The position numbers and the translations under genes were made by a program. From Nitrosopumilus sp. (GTDB lineage Archaea; Thermoproteota; Nitrososphaeria; Nitrososphaerales; Nitrosopumilaceae), in contig CBDBLX010000002.1 in NCBI GenBank assembly GCA_965207445.1, positions 32,001 to 96,000 on the forward strand: DNA of 64,000 bases, read 5' to 3'. The first letter of the stretch is position 1. The number at the start of each line of letters is the position of its first letter. Below the pieces are notes generated by a model. The model was not told where the DNA came from. It ran no database searches and saw only the letters and a program-made list of their open reading frames with translations. Below are positions 10,701 through 21,228 of this stretch, piece after piece.

Positions 10701-10774
10701 TTTTCCAGATGCGTGTTCTCTTTTTTTGATTTTTCTATCAGAGTCATTAATAGGGCTTGTTCTTGCTCGCTCAT
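7742..10774 (-). CDS. lhr: Lhr-like DEAD/DEAH-box helicase (real start possibly GTG at 10597)
   Basis: APTGSGKT, DEVH, SAT, HHGSLS, TSSLELGID, QRIGRS; C-terminal CxxC-CxxC. Confidence 0.9.
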   Translation of the reverse strand: MSEQEQALLMTLIEKSKKENTHLEKKKQPLAPQTTTLPQTTSQPKQSQNPATKTKPKNQVIESLFAKFGFERLTTIQSKASPLILQKRDCLVVAPTGSGKTECSVIPIFTIVSESLQKTKHDGIQILYITPLRALNKDVFRRITTYAKNCNLTIGIRHGDTPQSQRKKITENPPDILITTPETLVVLLSQPKMLLPLASLQWVVIDEVHEMLSNKRGSQLSLSLERLELNARHPLTRIGLSATVGNISDAAKFVSGTNRPCRVIQDRTLRKYDVDIVYESGSISDIARAIYDRIKEYNLDSPVLLFTNTRGEAEFLASVLKEIATTPVELHHGSLSKSVREDTEHLLREGKGLRIIVCTSSLELGIDIGSVELVVHYGSPRQVSKFIQRIGRSRHNRDSARGLIITNSADDELEAMSILERIHNGSIEQQHLHFNALDVLAHHMIGLSIQAGSHKIKINAALDMIKKAYPYHNLELETFSQVLEQLDQSRLIIYDRENMTFIKSGRYITYHFENLSTIPDMLRFKVFDTVGRKRMGTLDQRFVGDHGEQGNIFVLRGSQWRILNVDEKSFTVNVEPLGPHMSGAASKTVPYWEGETMPIDYKTAYRVGELRGLIKDGKVTAQNHVFDEITFDIPLMDEHNAKHNAKHNHTVHNNINYDSTDQKSTDQNYINNGNSSIIVESQKLQGVIILHCCFGSRINATLAILLSSMLSALSNSRVDSRSDGYRIVLSSSSIRISELLLLRLLQDDYDLPKVIGTSLVGTHNLNWRVWCAAKKFGATRRGDMYESRFARFLYNQYVNTPIVKEALRELFHDKYDLDGCQMILDYIKNGQILVHWNEATDGFSKLAVPILDHTSRYYSSPAVLDKRILDSIKNRITHTKHRMICMRCGKWERIVETCDIIGKLKCPHCRSGQITASYYSDINLSGIIRKRVGGIKITLEEKKKFDRAWKVASLIESFGKVAVMVISGHGIGADTAARILRNMISDDEDNLFKQIYEAERQYVTTRGFWD

Positions 10775-10850
10775 ATAGAATTGCCCCTACCAGCCCAGCA
10801 GCAAACAACACAGTGCATATAATTGGAATATAATCAAATATTTCTGTCAT
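10590..10850 (-). CDS. Small single-pass membrane protein
   Basis: One hydrophobic helix then basic tail; stop overlaps the probable lhr start. Confidence 0.5.
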   Translation of the reverse strand: MTEIFDYIPIICTVLFAAGLVGAILYERARTSPINDSDRKIKKREHASGKEKTTISTSDNNTASDNITTKTKSKPSNQNKAKKSSD

Positions 10851-11285
10851 GTTAGGGTTTTTGATAACTACCGTTAAAAATCTTAAGATTGACCAGCAAT
10901 CTTGTAACTGTTTTACGGCATGAGTAATAAAGCAACTAAAAAATCACAATGACGCGTGACTTTAATCTGTGTTAGAATTTGTGAGTGTCATCATATCAAA
11001 CATAATTCCTCTCAAATGGTATTGTAAGCTCAAAAAAAAAGAATCAAAATTGATCTCAATTATACAAAACACACAAGTGTAAAAACACACCAAATAGTTG
11101 GACATAAAATTAGAGTAAAAAATACAATCTAAAAAATATTATATGTCTACATTTAATATATATTTAATATACATTTAATATATATTCAACACACATGCAC
11201 AATACTCATAATCATTTCTCACTAAACCAAACATCAACAAACTTTACCAGTAACCGTTCAACCCCCCCCCCCCCCCCCCCCCCCC

Positions 11286-12310
11286 ACCTCACACTGTAAC
11301 ACTACACAAAACTGCCCAGTACAATTGTCTTGATTGTGGTGCAAAATTTCAAGCTAAAAATAACCTTCCACCAAACGGTCAGTTCGATTACTCTGTAATT
11401 CGCTATGTAACATATCAATCCATGCACAGAAAGACTCCTAAAATGGTTTCAGAAGATTTAAAGAATCTGTTCAAACTAGATGTTTCTGATACGACAATTC
11501 GTAATATATACGACCGTCAAACTGCAATGCTAAAACCCATAAGAGATGGTTTCATGGCAGAATTAGAAAAATCACAATCAGTAATCATGGATGAGACCGA
11601 ATACAAAGGTGAGCCCAAAAGATGGATAATGGCAGTTAGAAACGATGACACCGTAGCGTACCTGCACTCTCAGAATCGTAGTGCAACAGATCTCATAGCA
11701 CAGGCCGAAAACTGTATTGGTGCAATAAGTCGAGATGGATATCGCGGATATGATACTGTATTTCCAAATCACATAAAACAGCGCTGCACACAACACATTG
11801 TGCGGGAGAGTGGAACCATTTCAAATCGTAGTGAACTTGAATCTGCTACCAATTTGTATAATGAGTTGAACAAAAAATTTATCGCGTTGCGCAAATGGAC
11901 TCGTGGCAACTACTCTTTAAAGAGTAGGCGTTCATATGTTACAAAACTTCAAAAATGGTTGTGTGGTATAATATCTAGATACAAAAAAAAGCAGGTATGA
12001 AATAATGAAAAAGTTTGGCACCACACTAGAAAACACAGCGCCCGAACTGTTTACATTTGTTTTGTATCCAATTATACCACAAATCTTGGAGAACAGTCAA
12101 TGAAACCTGTAATAGGTCAGAGGAACAGTCGTCTGCAGTTGAAGAGTGACAAGGGGCAGAAAATCTCTGTGTAATATTTAGTTGTGTTGAGACGTGGAAG
12201 ATGCGTGGACTAAATGTTTAGTAGTTGTGTAAAACTATTGGTCCATCGTCTGATGATATATCTTAAAAATATATGATCTTGTTATTATGCCAAAATAGGT
12301 TGGTTCATAC
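11286..12310 (+). pseudogene. IS66-family transposase remnant with right end
   Basis: CLDC zinc site, MDETEY, RDGYRGY, QRCTQH; continues out of frame (APELFTFVLYP); ends TTGGTTCATAC like the 148-bp MITE TIR. Confidence 0.8.
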
Positions 12311-12783
12311 CACAAAATCCATGGGCGACACACCACCTGCTTCCATGTCTGTGGCAGGCAAATGGGTGGAGTCGGCCCGACGGTTGTTGTGTAGAGGTGC
12401 TTCCATGTTTCTCTGGTTACGCATGTCTACGCAGTGCGTCCCGAAGTTCGCGTGCTGTCAAGTTGGTGTGTGATGGTGTATCCGTAAGTACATACGAACT
12501 TGACGCTCCCTCCCACCAACCAACTCTGTTTCCTAATTGTACCTGTAGATACACCATTTGTCATCCGACAGAGACTCGGCAGGCGTCATGAGGCGAGTTA
12601 GAAAACAAAGATTCCCTACCAAATAGTTTACAAAGAGTAGATGCGGTAGAAAAATTTCACTATCCTGCAAGAATGGTAATCGGTAGGAACAACACTGTTA
12701 TCGACAGTTAATGCAAGGATCTTCAAAAGACACTCCGGATTTGGAAAGACCTCCTTATATAACGCAGGATGCGAGGATATACA

Positions 12784-13590
12784 ATGACTGCAAAACGTAC
12801 AAAAACGGCTTTGATTCTATGCATGCTTGCAACATTTGCTATGGCTTCGGTGCAATATACGGCTGCAATTAGCAGTGACACGCCGCAACACGTTGATGAT
12901 TCCCGGATGGTTACTTTTCTTGACAATGTGATTGACAAAACCGGAACAACCATAACCGAACACACGCTTGATGACTCGTCTGTTGTTACTGTTACAAATA
13001 CCGTAACGCCTACAGGGAGTAACACGTACATAGTACAGTCGATAGCTGCTTATCGTGGTGTCACTATTAACAACGAAACCATTACAGTTACGAAGAATGC
13101 CGACAACACGATCCATATGATCAACGAAAAGCACGGATTTAATGTCGTGTTTGGCCGTGGGGACAGTAGTGGTTTTAATGAGCATGGACAGATACAGGTA
13201 CGCAACTCGAAAACCATTCACCCCCTAGGTAGTGGAAGTTCGGACATATCAGGCGCCAAAGTGGATCTGTATGATAGTGGCTACAAGGCAACGTGGGAGG
13301 AACTACTGCGCTTGGAAGACCGTTATGAACAGTGTAATCTTAGAGATTACGAGACTTCCGCAGTTGTATTAGGCAACGACTATTGGACAACTGTCCACTG
13401 GAACTTTGATCAGTTCTATTTCCATTGGTGCATACTAGGACACTCTGTAGACAACGGTGAAATATCGTTCCAAGGAAACACGTATGAGTGGTCTGGAAGC
13501 AGTAACCGAGCAGACTATCGCGACTTCTCGCACGGGTCAAACACGGGTTCGTTCAGAGTAGAGGCTGACGCATGGTATGGAAGCTGGTAA
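12784..13590 (+). CDS. Predicted secreted protein of unknown function
   Basis: Signal-peptide-like MTAKRTKTALILCMLATFAMASVQYTAA; TATA-like TTATATAA upstream; Trp/Tyr-rich C-terminus with two Cys. Confidence 0.7.
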   Translation: MTAKRTKTALILCMLATFAMASVQYTAAISSDTPQHVDDSRMVTFLDNVIDKTGTTITEHTLDDSSVVTVTNTVTPTGSNTYIVQSIAAYRGVTINNETITVTKNADNTIHMINEKHGFNVVFGRGDSSGFNEHGQIQVRNSKTIHPLGSGSSDISGAKVDLYDSGYKATWEELLRLEDRYEQCNLRDYETSAVVLGNDYWTTVHWNFDQFYFHWCILGHSVDNGEISFQGNTYEWSGSSNRADYRDFSHGSNTGSFRVEADAWYGSW

Positions 13591-13900
13591 GTTCCATCTA
13601 CTCCCTTTATTTTCTTGGAAGTTCTTTGCACATTGTGCGGTTTTCATCACTAGTATTGGCTGGTCGTTCTATCTAGTTCAAATGGCATTTTTGGCGGTCA
13701 GTGGATCATTCTTTGATCTGGAATATTATCTTACATCCCGTCTTGGCCATGTAGATTTTATATTAATCTACGCGACAATAACATTTCTCGTAATATTCGG
13801 ATTGTTCAAAAAGAACATGCTAAAAAAAAATATGTCTTTTATTTTGATTTGTGTGGCTGTGGTTCTTAATCTCGTCTTAAGGTTGACTGTTATGGCATGA
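13577..13900 (+). CDS. Small membrane protein, about three TM segments
   Basis: 107 aa, hydrophobic, overlaps upstream stop by 14 nt. Confidence 0.55.
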   Translation: MEAGKFHLLPLFSWKFFAHCAVFITSIGWSFYLVQMAFLAVSGSFFDLEYYLTSRLGHVDFILIYATITFLVIFGLFKKNMLKKNMSFILICVAVVLNLVLRLTVMA

Positions 13901-14604
13901 ATTCGGCCTTTAGTACCCTGTGGGGGTAACAAGGTGGTTTCCTTATGCTGTTCAGCGCTCTCAAGAGGTGATCATGATGTCGTTGCGGACATCTCTCTGT
14001 CCGATGCCTCCAATCTCCTAGATTTTGTAGTTAGCGTCCGTGTACCAGTTTATACAGGGACTAAAGTCTGCATGATCTGCCTACTTGTTCGCACGTCTAC
14101 GGGTCACGCAGACTTTACAGTCCATCCTGTAATGATTGACATAGGTTCACGCCAATTGCCACTTCTCAGTCGTTTGGATGTTGGTCTTCTGTTGCTGACT
14201 AACGTACCTAGCGCCTCAATCCACTTCTCGCAGAGTTCGAATTGAGACCAACTCGAACCCATCTGGCAGGATTAAATCTTACTTTGCCCCGAACCTGCAT
14301 GTTGACAGGCACGAATCCGGATGGCAAAATTCGAGCTGAAACCGATTCGAAAAACGTGATAGCGGGCCTAAAGGTGTTTGGACCCCAATTGGGGTGCGAA
14401 TACCCAACACATGACGGCAGAAAGCGAACCGGGACGCTTACAGTATACATACCCCTTTTTCATTTGTGTATGTATTTGATCTGATTGAGTTTAAGCATTT
14501 ATCAAGGGCGTGTGATACACTGTACATTGCAGTGCGCAAACCAACTTCTACATATGATTGCGTCTTTGTGAGATGTTCTGCGTCTCCGGGCTGGATTTAG
14601 AAGC

Positions 14605-14685
14605 GTAACCGTTCAACCCCTTCCCAAATTTTGGCACAAATTCACCGCCTAACGTCTGGCGCAGGTACAGGGGTGGAACGGTTAC
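14605..14685. mobile_element. 81-bp IS66-type MITE
   Basis: TIR GTAACCGTTC; near-identical to copies at 23893, 23966 and 29905. Confidence 0.9.
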
Positions 14686-15530
14686 ACTTTACCATACTCA
14701 AAGGTTTGTATACCAGACGTTAAAATTTTATATGAAAATATAGCATCAGCATCCTTTTTAGAATTAATATTATGATCATGATATGTAGTAACGGTTTTCT
14801 GTTGATTAAAATAATTATCATATATGGCACACGATACATACCCATACAGTTGTTTTTTTTGTGCAACAGTATCTTTTTCACTTATCAAATGTATCTTTAT
14901 GTGTGAAAAGAGATCAACTTCTGCGGCCATATTCTCGACCTCTTTGTCATCAAAGACACGTACCATATTACTAGTCATTACAGTCACACCATAATGTACT
15001 GCAAGTCTTGCCAAATTGCGCATATATCTGAAGAATTTTTGACTCTTTTCTCGCAAATCTCCATACCGGCTGTATTCGTATGAAAACAAATCAGTCAAGC
15101 TATCAATCACTACCAGATCAAAAGGACAATTACCATAAAGTAATTTTTCTATCAATCTCATCTGCTCTGATACACTCTGCACTCTGGCAACTGATATTGC
15201 ATCAAGTATGTCAGTTATGCTATTGACATGTTGCTGTTCAGATATCTTGTCATTTTGGCCGTTATTTTGGGTGAGACTTGTTGCCATCTCCATTATCCTC
15301 TCTGGCCTAAACGTACCTGCAGTATCCACATACAACACACGTCTGCGCTCACCATATATGGCAAACCTACAAGCAGCCTGCAGTAACATCTGAGTCTTAC
15401 CAGTACCGTGTCTGCCAAACACATCTACAATAACACCAGACGGAATCCCACCTCCAAACATATCATCCAAAATACCCACACCAACTGCAACAACACGTCT
15501 ACTAGTTGATCTATCTGTCAATTCGATCAC
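14682..15530 (-). CDS. RadA/Rad51 paralog (RecA-superfamily ATPase)
   Basis: Walker A GRHGTGKT, YVDTAGTFRPERI, Walker B VVIDS. Confidence 0.85.
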   Translation of the reverse strand: MIELTDRSTSRRVVAVGVGILDDMFGGGIPSGVIVDVFGRHGTGKTQMLLQAACRFAIYGERRRVLYVDTAGTFRPERIMEMATSLTQNNGQNDKISEQQHVNSITDILDAISVARVQSVSEQMRLIEKLLYGNCPFDLVVIDSLTDLFSYEYSRYGDLREKSQKFFRYMRNLARLAVHYGVTVMTSNMVRVFDDKEVENMAAEVDLFSHIKIHLISEKDTVAQKKQLYGYVSCAIYDNYFNQQKTVTTYHDHNINSKKDADAIFSYKILTSGIQTFEYGKV

Positions 15531-15579
15531 AAAACTGATCTACACAGCACAACACATAAGGCTTTTATTCAAGACTTTC

Positions 15580-15849
15580 ATGCACAAATCAAGTGAAAAA
15601 TTAGTGTCCCAGACCAATACAGCAAAGAGACCATTGACTACTCTACAAAAAAACACAAAGAGACTAGTCACAGTCAGGCTAAAAAATGAAGTAGAATACA
15701 AAGGCAGAATGAGCAACATTGATGCATACATGAACCTAATCATGGTTGATGCTGAAGAGTTGCACAATGGTAAAACAATAGCAAATTACGGCAGAGTTAT
15801 AGTTAGAGGAAATAACGTACTGTTCATAAAACTAGAAGATGAACTATGA
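15580..15849 (+). CDS. LSm/Sm-like RNA-binding protein (start possibly GTG 15604)
   Basis: Sm1 YKGRMSNIDAYMNL, Sm2 IVRGNNV. Confidence 0.92.
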   Translation: MHKSSEKLVSQTNTAKRPLTTLQKNTKRLVTVRLKNEVEYKGRMSNIDAYMNLIMVDAEELHNGKTIANYGRVIVRGNNVLFIKLEDEL

Positions 15850-15864
15850 CTCGAGGCATTAATC

Positions 15865-17028
15865 ATGGCCAGTTTCCTATTCACCTCTGAATCAGTAACA
15901 GAAGGTCATCCAGACAAGATATGCGACAACATATCAGATGCATTTGTAGATGCATACCTGCAACAAGACCCAGATGCTCGAGTTGCAGTAGAGACACTCG
16001 TCACTACGGATTTTGTAGTTGTGGCAGGCGAGTACAAGTCAGACATAGCAAATGTCGATGAGACAACACAAGAGAAACTAGTAAGAGATACCATCAGAGA
16101 GATAGGATATAATGACAAGAGTCTAGGGTTTGATGCAGACACCTGCCAAATAATACTCAAAGTACACCAACAGAGTCAAGATATCAGCATGGGCGTGACG
16201 GCAACGTCTCGGCGAGAACAAGGTGCAGGAGACCAGGGGTTGATGTTCGGCTATGCCACAAATGAGACACCAGAGTTAATGCCAATGCCAATTATACTTG
16301 CACATAAATTAACAAAGAGACTCTCTCAAGTCCGAAGAGACAACACTATACCATGGATCAGACCAGATGGCAAATCTCAAGTCTCTGTACAGTATAAAGA
16401 CGGCAAGCCCACAAGTGTTGATGCAGTTGTAATATCAACACAACATGCAGATGACATCTCACAACAAGTTATCACCCAACAGATCACAGATATGGTGATA
16501 AAACCCGTGCTAGGGGACATGTACAATGACAATATAGTAATACACATCAATCCTACTGGTAGATTCGTGACGGGTGGTCCCAAAGGAGACACCGGTCTTA
16601 CAGGCCGCAAGATAATAGTTGATACGTATGGTGGATTTGGAAGACATGGTGGAGGGGCATTTTCAGGCAAGGACCCATCAAAGGTAGACAGGTCAGCATG
16701 TTACATGTGCAGATATATTGCAAAAAATATTATTGCAGCAGGAATTGCTGAGAGATGTGAGGTTCAGATTGCATATGCAATCGGAGTGGCAGAGCCAGTA
16801 TCACTTTATGTCAATACTTTTGGAACAGGTCGCATTACAGATGAGAATATAACAAAAATGGTAAGGGAGAACTTTGATATGAAACCAGCGGCCATAATAT
16901 CAAAATTAAACCTCAAACACATATCATACAAGAAGACAGCATCATATGGTCATTTTGGTAGAGACGAGTTTACGTGGGAGAAGACAGACATGGCACAGAC
17001 ATTAAGGCAGTATGCCGACAGTCTCTAA
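15865..17028 (+). CDS. metK: S-adenosylmethionine synthetase (bacterial/eukaryal type)
   Basis: [28 protein letters not shown]. Confidence 0.97.
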   Translation: MASFLFTSESVTEGHPDKICDNISDAFVDAYLQQDPDARVAVETLVTTDFVVVAGEYKSDIANVDETTQEKLVRDTIREIGYNDKSLGFDADTCQIILKVHQQSQDISMGVTATSRREQGAGDQGLMFGYATNETPELMPMPIILAHKLTKRLSQVRRDNTIPWIRPDGKSQVSVQYKDGKPTSVDAVVISTQHADDISQQVITQQITDMVIKPVLGDMYNDNIVIHINPTGRFVTGGPKGDTGLTGRKIIVDTYGGFGRHGGGAFSGKDPSKVDRSACYMCRYIAKNIIAAGIAERCEVQIAYAIGVAEPVSLYVNTFGTGRITDENITKMVRENFDMKPAAIISKLNLKHISYKKTASYGHFGRDEFTWEKTDMAQTLRQYADSL

Positions 17029-18021
17029 CTGTTTTACAACAGAAAATAGAGTAATTCCAGTAGTTTGTGATATTTTGGTATGATCACTGACAAAGCCGCC
17101 TGCAATCACACCTAAATCATCGACTCCAAATATGGTATCAGTTTTACTACTATGTGATAACGCTTTTTTATACAGTGCCTCCATAGAGACTGGATTTATC
17201 TCCACATCATATGCTTTAGCAAGCAAAGACATGTAAGTGAAAAATGGTATGCAGTCCGGACCTACCAAATCAAGTGTTGTACTAAAAGTAGTATTTTCAA
17301 CAAGTTTTTTGATTGCCCATATGATTATATTTGTCACATCATCTATATGAATTGGCTGTATGAGACTGTTGCAATTAAATATGTCAAGTGGCTCTTTTGT
17401 GCCAGATATTTTGTGCTTGTGCACATATGAGGATAGATAGTCCATGCGTCGTCGTTGTGGTGCAATGGTGTGCTGCTGCCCCCCGACTACATAAGATGGG
17501 CGAAGCACAACATGATTTAGTTTTGATTCAGCAACCACACATTCGGCAGCATATTTGGCAGCAAGGTACGCAATTGGTGTATGCAAAGACGCACCTAGTC
17601 CACTCATGTGTATAATGTTCGGTATACTGGCTCTCTGTGCCAAAAATACTGCAAGTGATGCTGTACGAACAATAGAGTCTTCGAATCTACATAGAGCCGA
17701 TTGCCTGCCATTGCCTGCAAGATTTATCAACACATCAAAGTGTCTGATAACAGATAAGATATTTGTCAAACTTTCATTTGGTGTAATATTGCACTTTTCA
17801 TAATTATTAACACGAGAGTCATTATTATCTAATTCATAATACTTGTAATCATCAGGATTAATGCGCTCAAAAGAATCAGATCCATGATATAGAGGCTCAA
17901 GTGTCTTGCGTGATAGTGTGATTATACAAACATCTTTTAAAAGTAGGGAGGTTTTGAGTTTGTGGTATAAAGCACTACCAATGAAACCATTTGCACCTAT
18001 AATGGCAACTTGCGTACTCAC
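17002..18021 (-). CDS. NAD(P)-dependent epimerase/dehydratase (SDR) family protein
   Basis: [20 protein letters not shown]. Confidence 0.8.
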   Translation of the reverse strand: MSTQVAIIGANGFIGSALYHKLKTSLLLKDVCIITLSRKTLEPLYHGSDSFERINPDDYKYYELDNNDSRVNNYEKCNITPNESLTNILSVIRHFDVLINLAGNGRQSALCRFEDSIVRTASLAVFLAQRASIPNIIHMSGLGASLHTPIAYLAAKYAAECVVAESKLNHVVLRPSYVVGGQQHTIAPQRRRMDYLSSYVHKHKISGTKEPLDIFNCNSLIQPIHIDDVTNIIIWAIKKLVENTTFSTTLDLVGPDCIPFFTYMSLLAKAYDVEINPVSMEALYKKALSHSSKTDTIFGVDDLGVIAGGFVSDHTKISQTTGITLFSVVKQLETVGILP

Positions 18022-18099
18022 ACAAACAAGATGATCATTGTAGTTTTAAGTGTAATCAACATAACACAAACAAAAATACTACTAGACGTAAGATATGAT

Positions 18100-19299
18100 A
18101 TGCACGAGAGAAAAAACAAGATATTAAATACAGTAGATGATTATATAGAAGGAAGAGTCCAACTCACCCAACAGATACTTGATCAATATAACAACAGTGT
18201 ACAAAAAGACGGACAGCGCACAGGGTATACAACTGGTAGTTGTGCTGCTGCTGCTGCCACTGCTGCACTAAAAGCCATACTAACGGCAAGGGCCACATAT
18301 GGCATATTGATATCCTTGCCAAAACAACGCCGGCTCTTGATACCAATCAAAAAGTGCGTCTTTGATGATAGTTCTGCTACATGTACAGTAATCAAAGATG
18401 GGGGAGATGATCCTGACGTCACTCACGGGGCCGAAATTATAGTCAGACTCGAATTAACTGATAACACAAATATCATAGAGATTACAGGCGGAGAGGGAGT
18501 CGGAATAGTCACAAAGCCCGGACTCGGTCTCACACTCAATGAATCTGCGATCAATCCTGTACCAAAAAAGATCATAGAAGAGAATCTTAGAGCAGAGATA
18601 CCATCTGATATGCTAAACACATATGGTATAAAGGCCACAATTATAGTGCCAAAAGGTAAAGAATTAGGACCTAAAACAGATAATCCACGACTAGGAATAA
18701 TAGGCGGAATCTCAATACTAGGAACAAGTGGTATTGTCATACCATTTTCTACTGCATCATACGCAGCATCAATTAGACAAAACCTAGATGTGGCAATTGC
18801 AATGAGTGAGGATGTAGTTGTGCTGACTACGGGTGGCAGAAGTGAGGAATTTGCAAAAAAAACCATTGCGGATTTACCAGATCACTGTTTTATTCAGATG
18901 GGGGATTTTGTAGGATATTCGGTTAGTGAGTGCGCAAAGAGATCAGAGCACATCAAACAGGTGTATGTTGTTGGATTTATAGGTAAATTAGCAAAGATGG
19001 CAAAGGGTGTGAGACAGACACATGTCAAAGGCTCAAAGGTAGATACAAAGTTTCTTGCAAATTTGGCGCAACAAGTAGGAGCAGACCACAATATCATACA
19101 AATGGTATCCAAAGCAAATACAGCAAGACACGTATTGGAGATTATATCAGAAACCAAACACGCAAAGCGGTTCTTTGGGATTTTGTGTCACAATGTGTAT
19201 GAGCATATGATAAAACATGCACGATCTGAGAAAATTCCAATTCAAGTGATACTCTTTGATTTTGATGGTCGTGTGTTGGCAAAAGCAGAGGGTAATTAA
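18100..19299 (+). CDS. cbiD: Cobalt-precorrin-5B C1-methyltransferase
   Basis: GYTTGSCAAAAA, KDGGDDPDVTHG, NPRLGIIGGISILGT; start uncertain (track 18010). Confidence 0.95.
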   Translation: MHERKNKILNTVDDYIEGRVQLTQQILDQYNNSVQKDGQRTGYTTGSCAAAAATAALKAILTARATYGILISLPKQRRLLIPIKKCVFDDSSATCTVIKDGGDDPDVTHGAEIIVRLELTDNTNIIEITGGEGVGIVTKPGLGLTLNESAINPVPKKIIEENLRAEIPSDMLNTYGIKATIIVPKGKELGPKTDNPRLGIIGGISILGTSGIVIPFSTASYAASIRQNLDVAIAMSEDVVVLTTGGRSEEFAKKTIADLPDHCFIQMGDFVGYSVSECAKRSEHIKQVYVVGFIGKLAKMAKGVRQTHVKGSKVDTKFLANLAQQVGADHNIIQMVSKANTARHVLEIISETKHAKRFFGILCHNVYEHMIKHARSEKIPIQVILFDFDGRVLAKAEGN

Positions 19300-19354
19300 T
19301 TGTACAGTTTGACACTTTCACAAGGTATTTTATAAAAATCATTATACGACACAT

Positions 19355-20443
19355 ATGGCAGACGACAATAATATAGCAATATTGGCAATTACAAAACATG
19401 GTATTAGCACTAGTCTAAAATTACACAAATATTTTCCAGAATGGATAGTATACGCACCAGAAAAATTTGCAGCTACATATGAGTACGACAAGCGCGTGAA
19501 ATGGTATACTGATACAACATCACACATGATACCTCAAATCTTTGGCAAATACAACGGTATGATATGCATGTTCTCACTTGGAGCTACCATACGATTAATT
19601 GCGCCACATATGAAAGACAAAAAGACGGATCCGGCAGTCTTGGTGATAGATGAGATGGCCAATTTTGTAATCAGTGTATTGTCAGGACATATTGGTGGCG
19701 CAAATTATTTGGCAAAGACAGTTGCACAAAAGATAGGCGCACAAGCAGTAATCACTACGGCAGCTGATGTCAAGAATACCATACCAGTAGATATGGTGGG
19801 GCGAGATCTCAAATGGGTCATACAAGATGATACTCACATTACAGCAGTCAGTGCACATATGGTCAATGAAGATAAAATTGGCATATACCAGGATGCAGGG
19901 ACTGGCATCAAAGAGTGGTATAATAAAGAGTTGCCAGTAAATGTTCACATTTATAAGACACTTGATGAGATGTACAAGTCAGATTCAGTAGCATATCTTA
20001 TCATAACTGACAAGATAATCATCAAACCAGATATTAGCAAACCGACTGTAGTGTATAGACCCCCCACACTAATAGTAGGAGTTGGATTGCACTATAACAC
20101 AACAGCACAGACTATCATAGATGGTATTACACATACATTTGAAAAGTACAGACTTGCAAAAAAGAGTATCGCAAAGATCTCTTCTATGAAAAAACCTGTT
20201 GATATACCAGGGTTAGCACAGGCAGCAAAAGAACTCGACGTGCAGTTATTATTGCATGAAAAGGACAGATTGGCAGAAATTAAAGTACCAAATCCATCTG
20301 ATACCGTAAAATCCTTTGAGGGTACAGCAAGCGTATCAGAAGCATCATGTATGATATCATGCAATATGGGTAGTTTAATAGTAGAGAAACAGAAATTTCC
20401 ACCAGACTTGACAATAGCAGTAGCAAGGGAAGAGGCGGGGTGA
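19355..20443 (+). CDS. cbiG: Cobalt-precorrin-5A hydrolase
   Basis: KKTDPAVLVID, LSGHIGGAN, VITTA, SVSEAS. Confidence 0.93.
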   Translation: MADDNNIAILAITKHGISTSLKLHKYFPEWIVYAPEKFAATYEYDKRVKWYTDTTSHMIPQIFGKYNGMICMFSLGATIRLIAPHMKDKKTDPAVLVIDEMANFVISVLSGHIGGANYLAKTVAQKIGAQAVITTAADVKNTIPVDMVGRDLKWVIQDDTHITAVSAHMVNEDKIGIYQDAGTGIKEWYNKELPVNVHIYKTLDEMYKSDSVAYLIITDKIIIKPDISKPTVVYRPPTLIVGVGLHYNTTAQTIIDGITHTFEKYRLAKKSIAKISSMKKPVDIPGLAQAAKELDVQLLLHEKDRLAEIKVPNPSDTVKSFEGTASVSEASCMISCNMGSLIVEKQKFPPDLTIAVAREEAG

Positions 20444-21228
20444 TGATGAACAACAACAACAACAAAAGACGTGGCTTGTTACTAATTGATAGAGGAAGTC
20501 GTGAACGCGAAGCATCAGAAGAACTAGAGAGTATTTGCGCAGGTGTAAAAGAGAAAGGAAACTATGAATTTGCAGAGTACTGTTTTTTGGAGGTAGAGCC
20601 ACCATATATTGAGGATGGTATGCTAAAGTGCCTCAAGCCAAATATAATAGACACACTAACTATTGTGCCATACTTTTTGTATCCTGGCAAAAAGGTCAAA
20701 AATGCAGTAACAGATGCCATATCATACCAAGACAAGACAGACATCAAACTGCTAGTCACAAGGGCAATGAGTATGCACAGCACATTAATTGATATCGTGT
20801 ATAGCCGTGTTGCAGCAGCACTGCAGGACAACAATGTCACAGCACCAGATTCAGAGATAGATGTAATGATAATAGGGCATGGGAGCATGGATCCGAATGC
20901 TCAAAGATCTATGGATTATATAATAAATGGTCTCAAAGACAGATATCGTAACATTAGTAGGTGCTGGCTTGAGATAGAACAGCCAGACATATTTGCAGGA
21001 ATAAAAAAGTGTGAGGTAGACTACCCAAATGTACTAGTTGTTGTGTTTTACTTTTTGCATGAAGGCGCACATGTTAAAACTGACATAAATAGTGACTTGT
21101 TGCCAGCACTTGAAAAATCAACTATAAAAAATGTATACATTACAAAACATATAGGTACAGATGAACGAATAGTCGACCTAATAGTAGAGAGAGCCAAAGA
21201 GGTAGAGTCAGCAATTGTCACAGACTAA
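20440..21228 (+). CDS. cbiX: Sirohydrochlorin cobaltochelatase, two CbiX domains
   Basis: FLEVEPP, VPYFLYPG, GHGS, FLHEGAHV; cob cluster context. Confidence 0.85.
   Translation: MMMNNNNNKRRGLLLIDRGSREREASEELESICAGVKEKGNYEFAEYCFLEVEPPYIEDGMLKCLKPNIIDTLTIVPYFLYPGKKVKNAVTDAISYQDKTDIKLLVTRAMSMHSTLIDIVYSRVAAALQDNNVTAPDSEIDVMIIGHGSMDPNAQRSMDYIINGLKDRYRNISRCWLEIEQPDIFAGIKKCEVDYPNVLVVVFYFLHEGAHVKTDINSDLLPALEKSTIKNVYITKHIGTDERIVDLIVERAKEVESAIVTD

Larger units (their letters stand above)
11250..14685. mobile_element. Composite transposon bounded by IS66-type ends
   Basis: Left end GTAACCGTTCAACCCC, right end GGGGTGGAACGGTTAC; 9-bp direct repeat ACTTTACCA at 11241-11249 and 14686-14694. Confidence 0.85.

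Noticed and set aside
11262..11285. 24-nt poly-C tract as a phase-variation switch or G-quadruplex
   Set aside because: Extends the CCCC of a TIR at a junction with a dead transposase; slippage or sequencing error is simpler
13934..14484. Small ORFs in the right part of the composite transposon
   Set aside because: Overlapping on both strands with no recognisable family; probably a decayed gene
15865..17028. Bacterial-type metK in an archaeon as recent transfer
   Set aside because: Sits in core context with host-like composition; I recall this type being usual in this lineage
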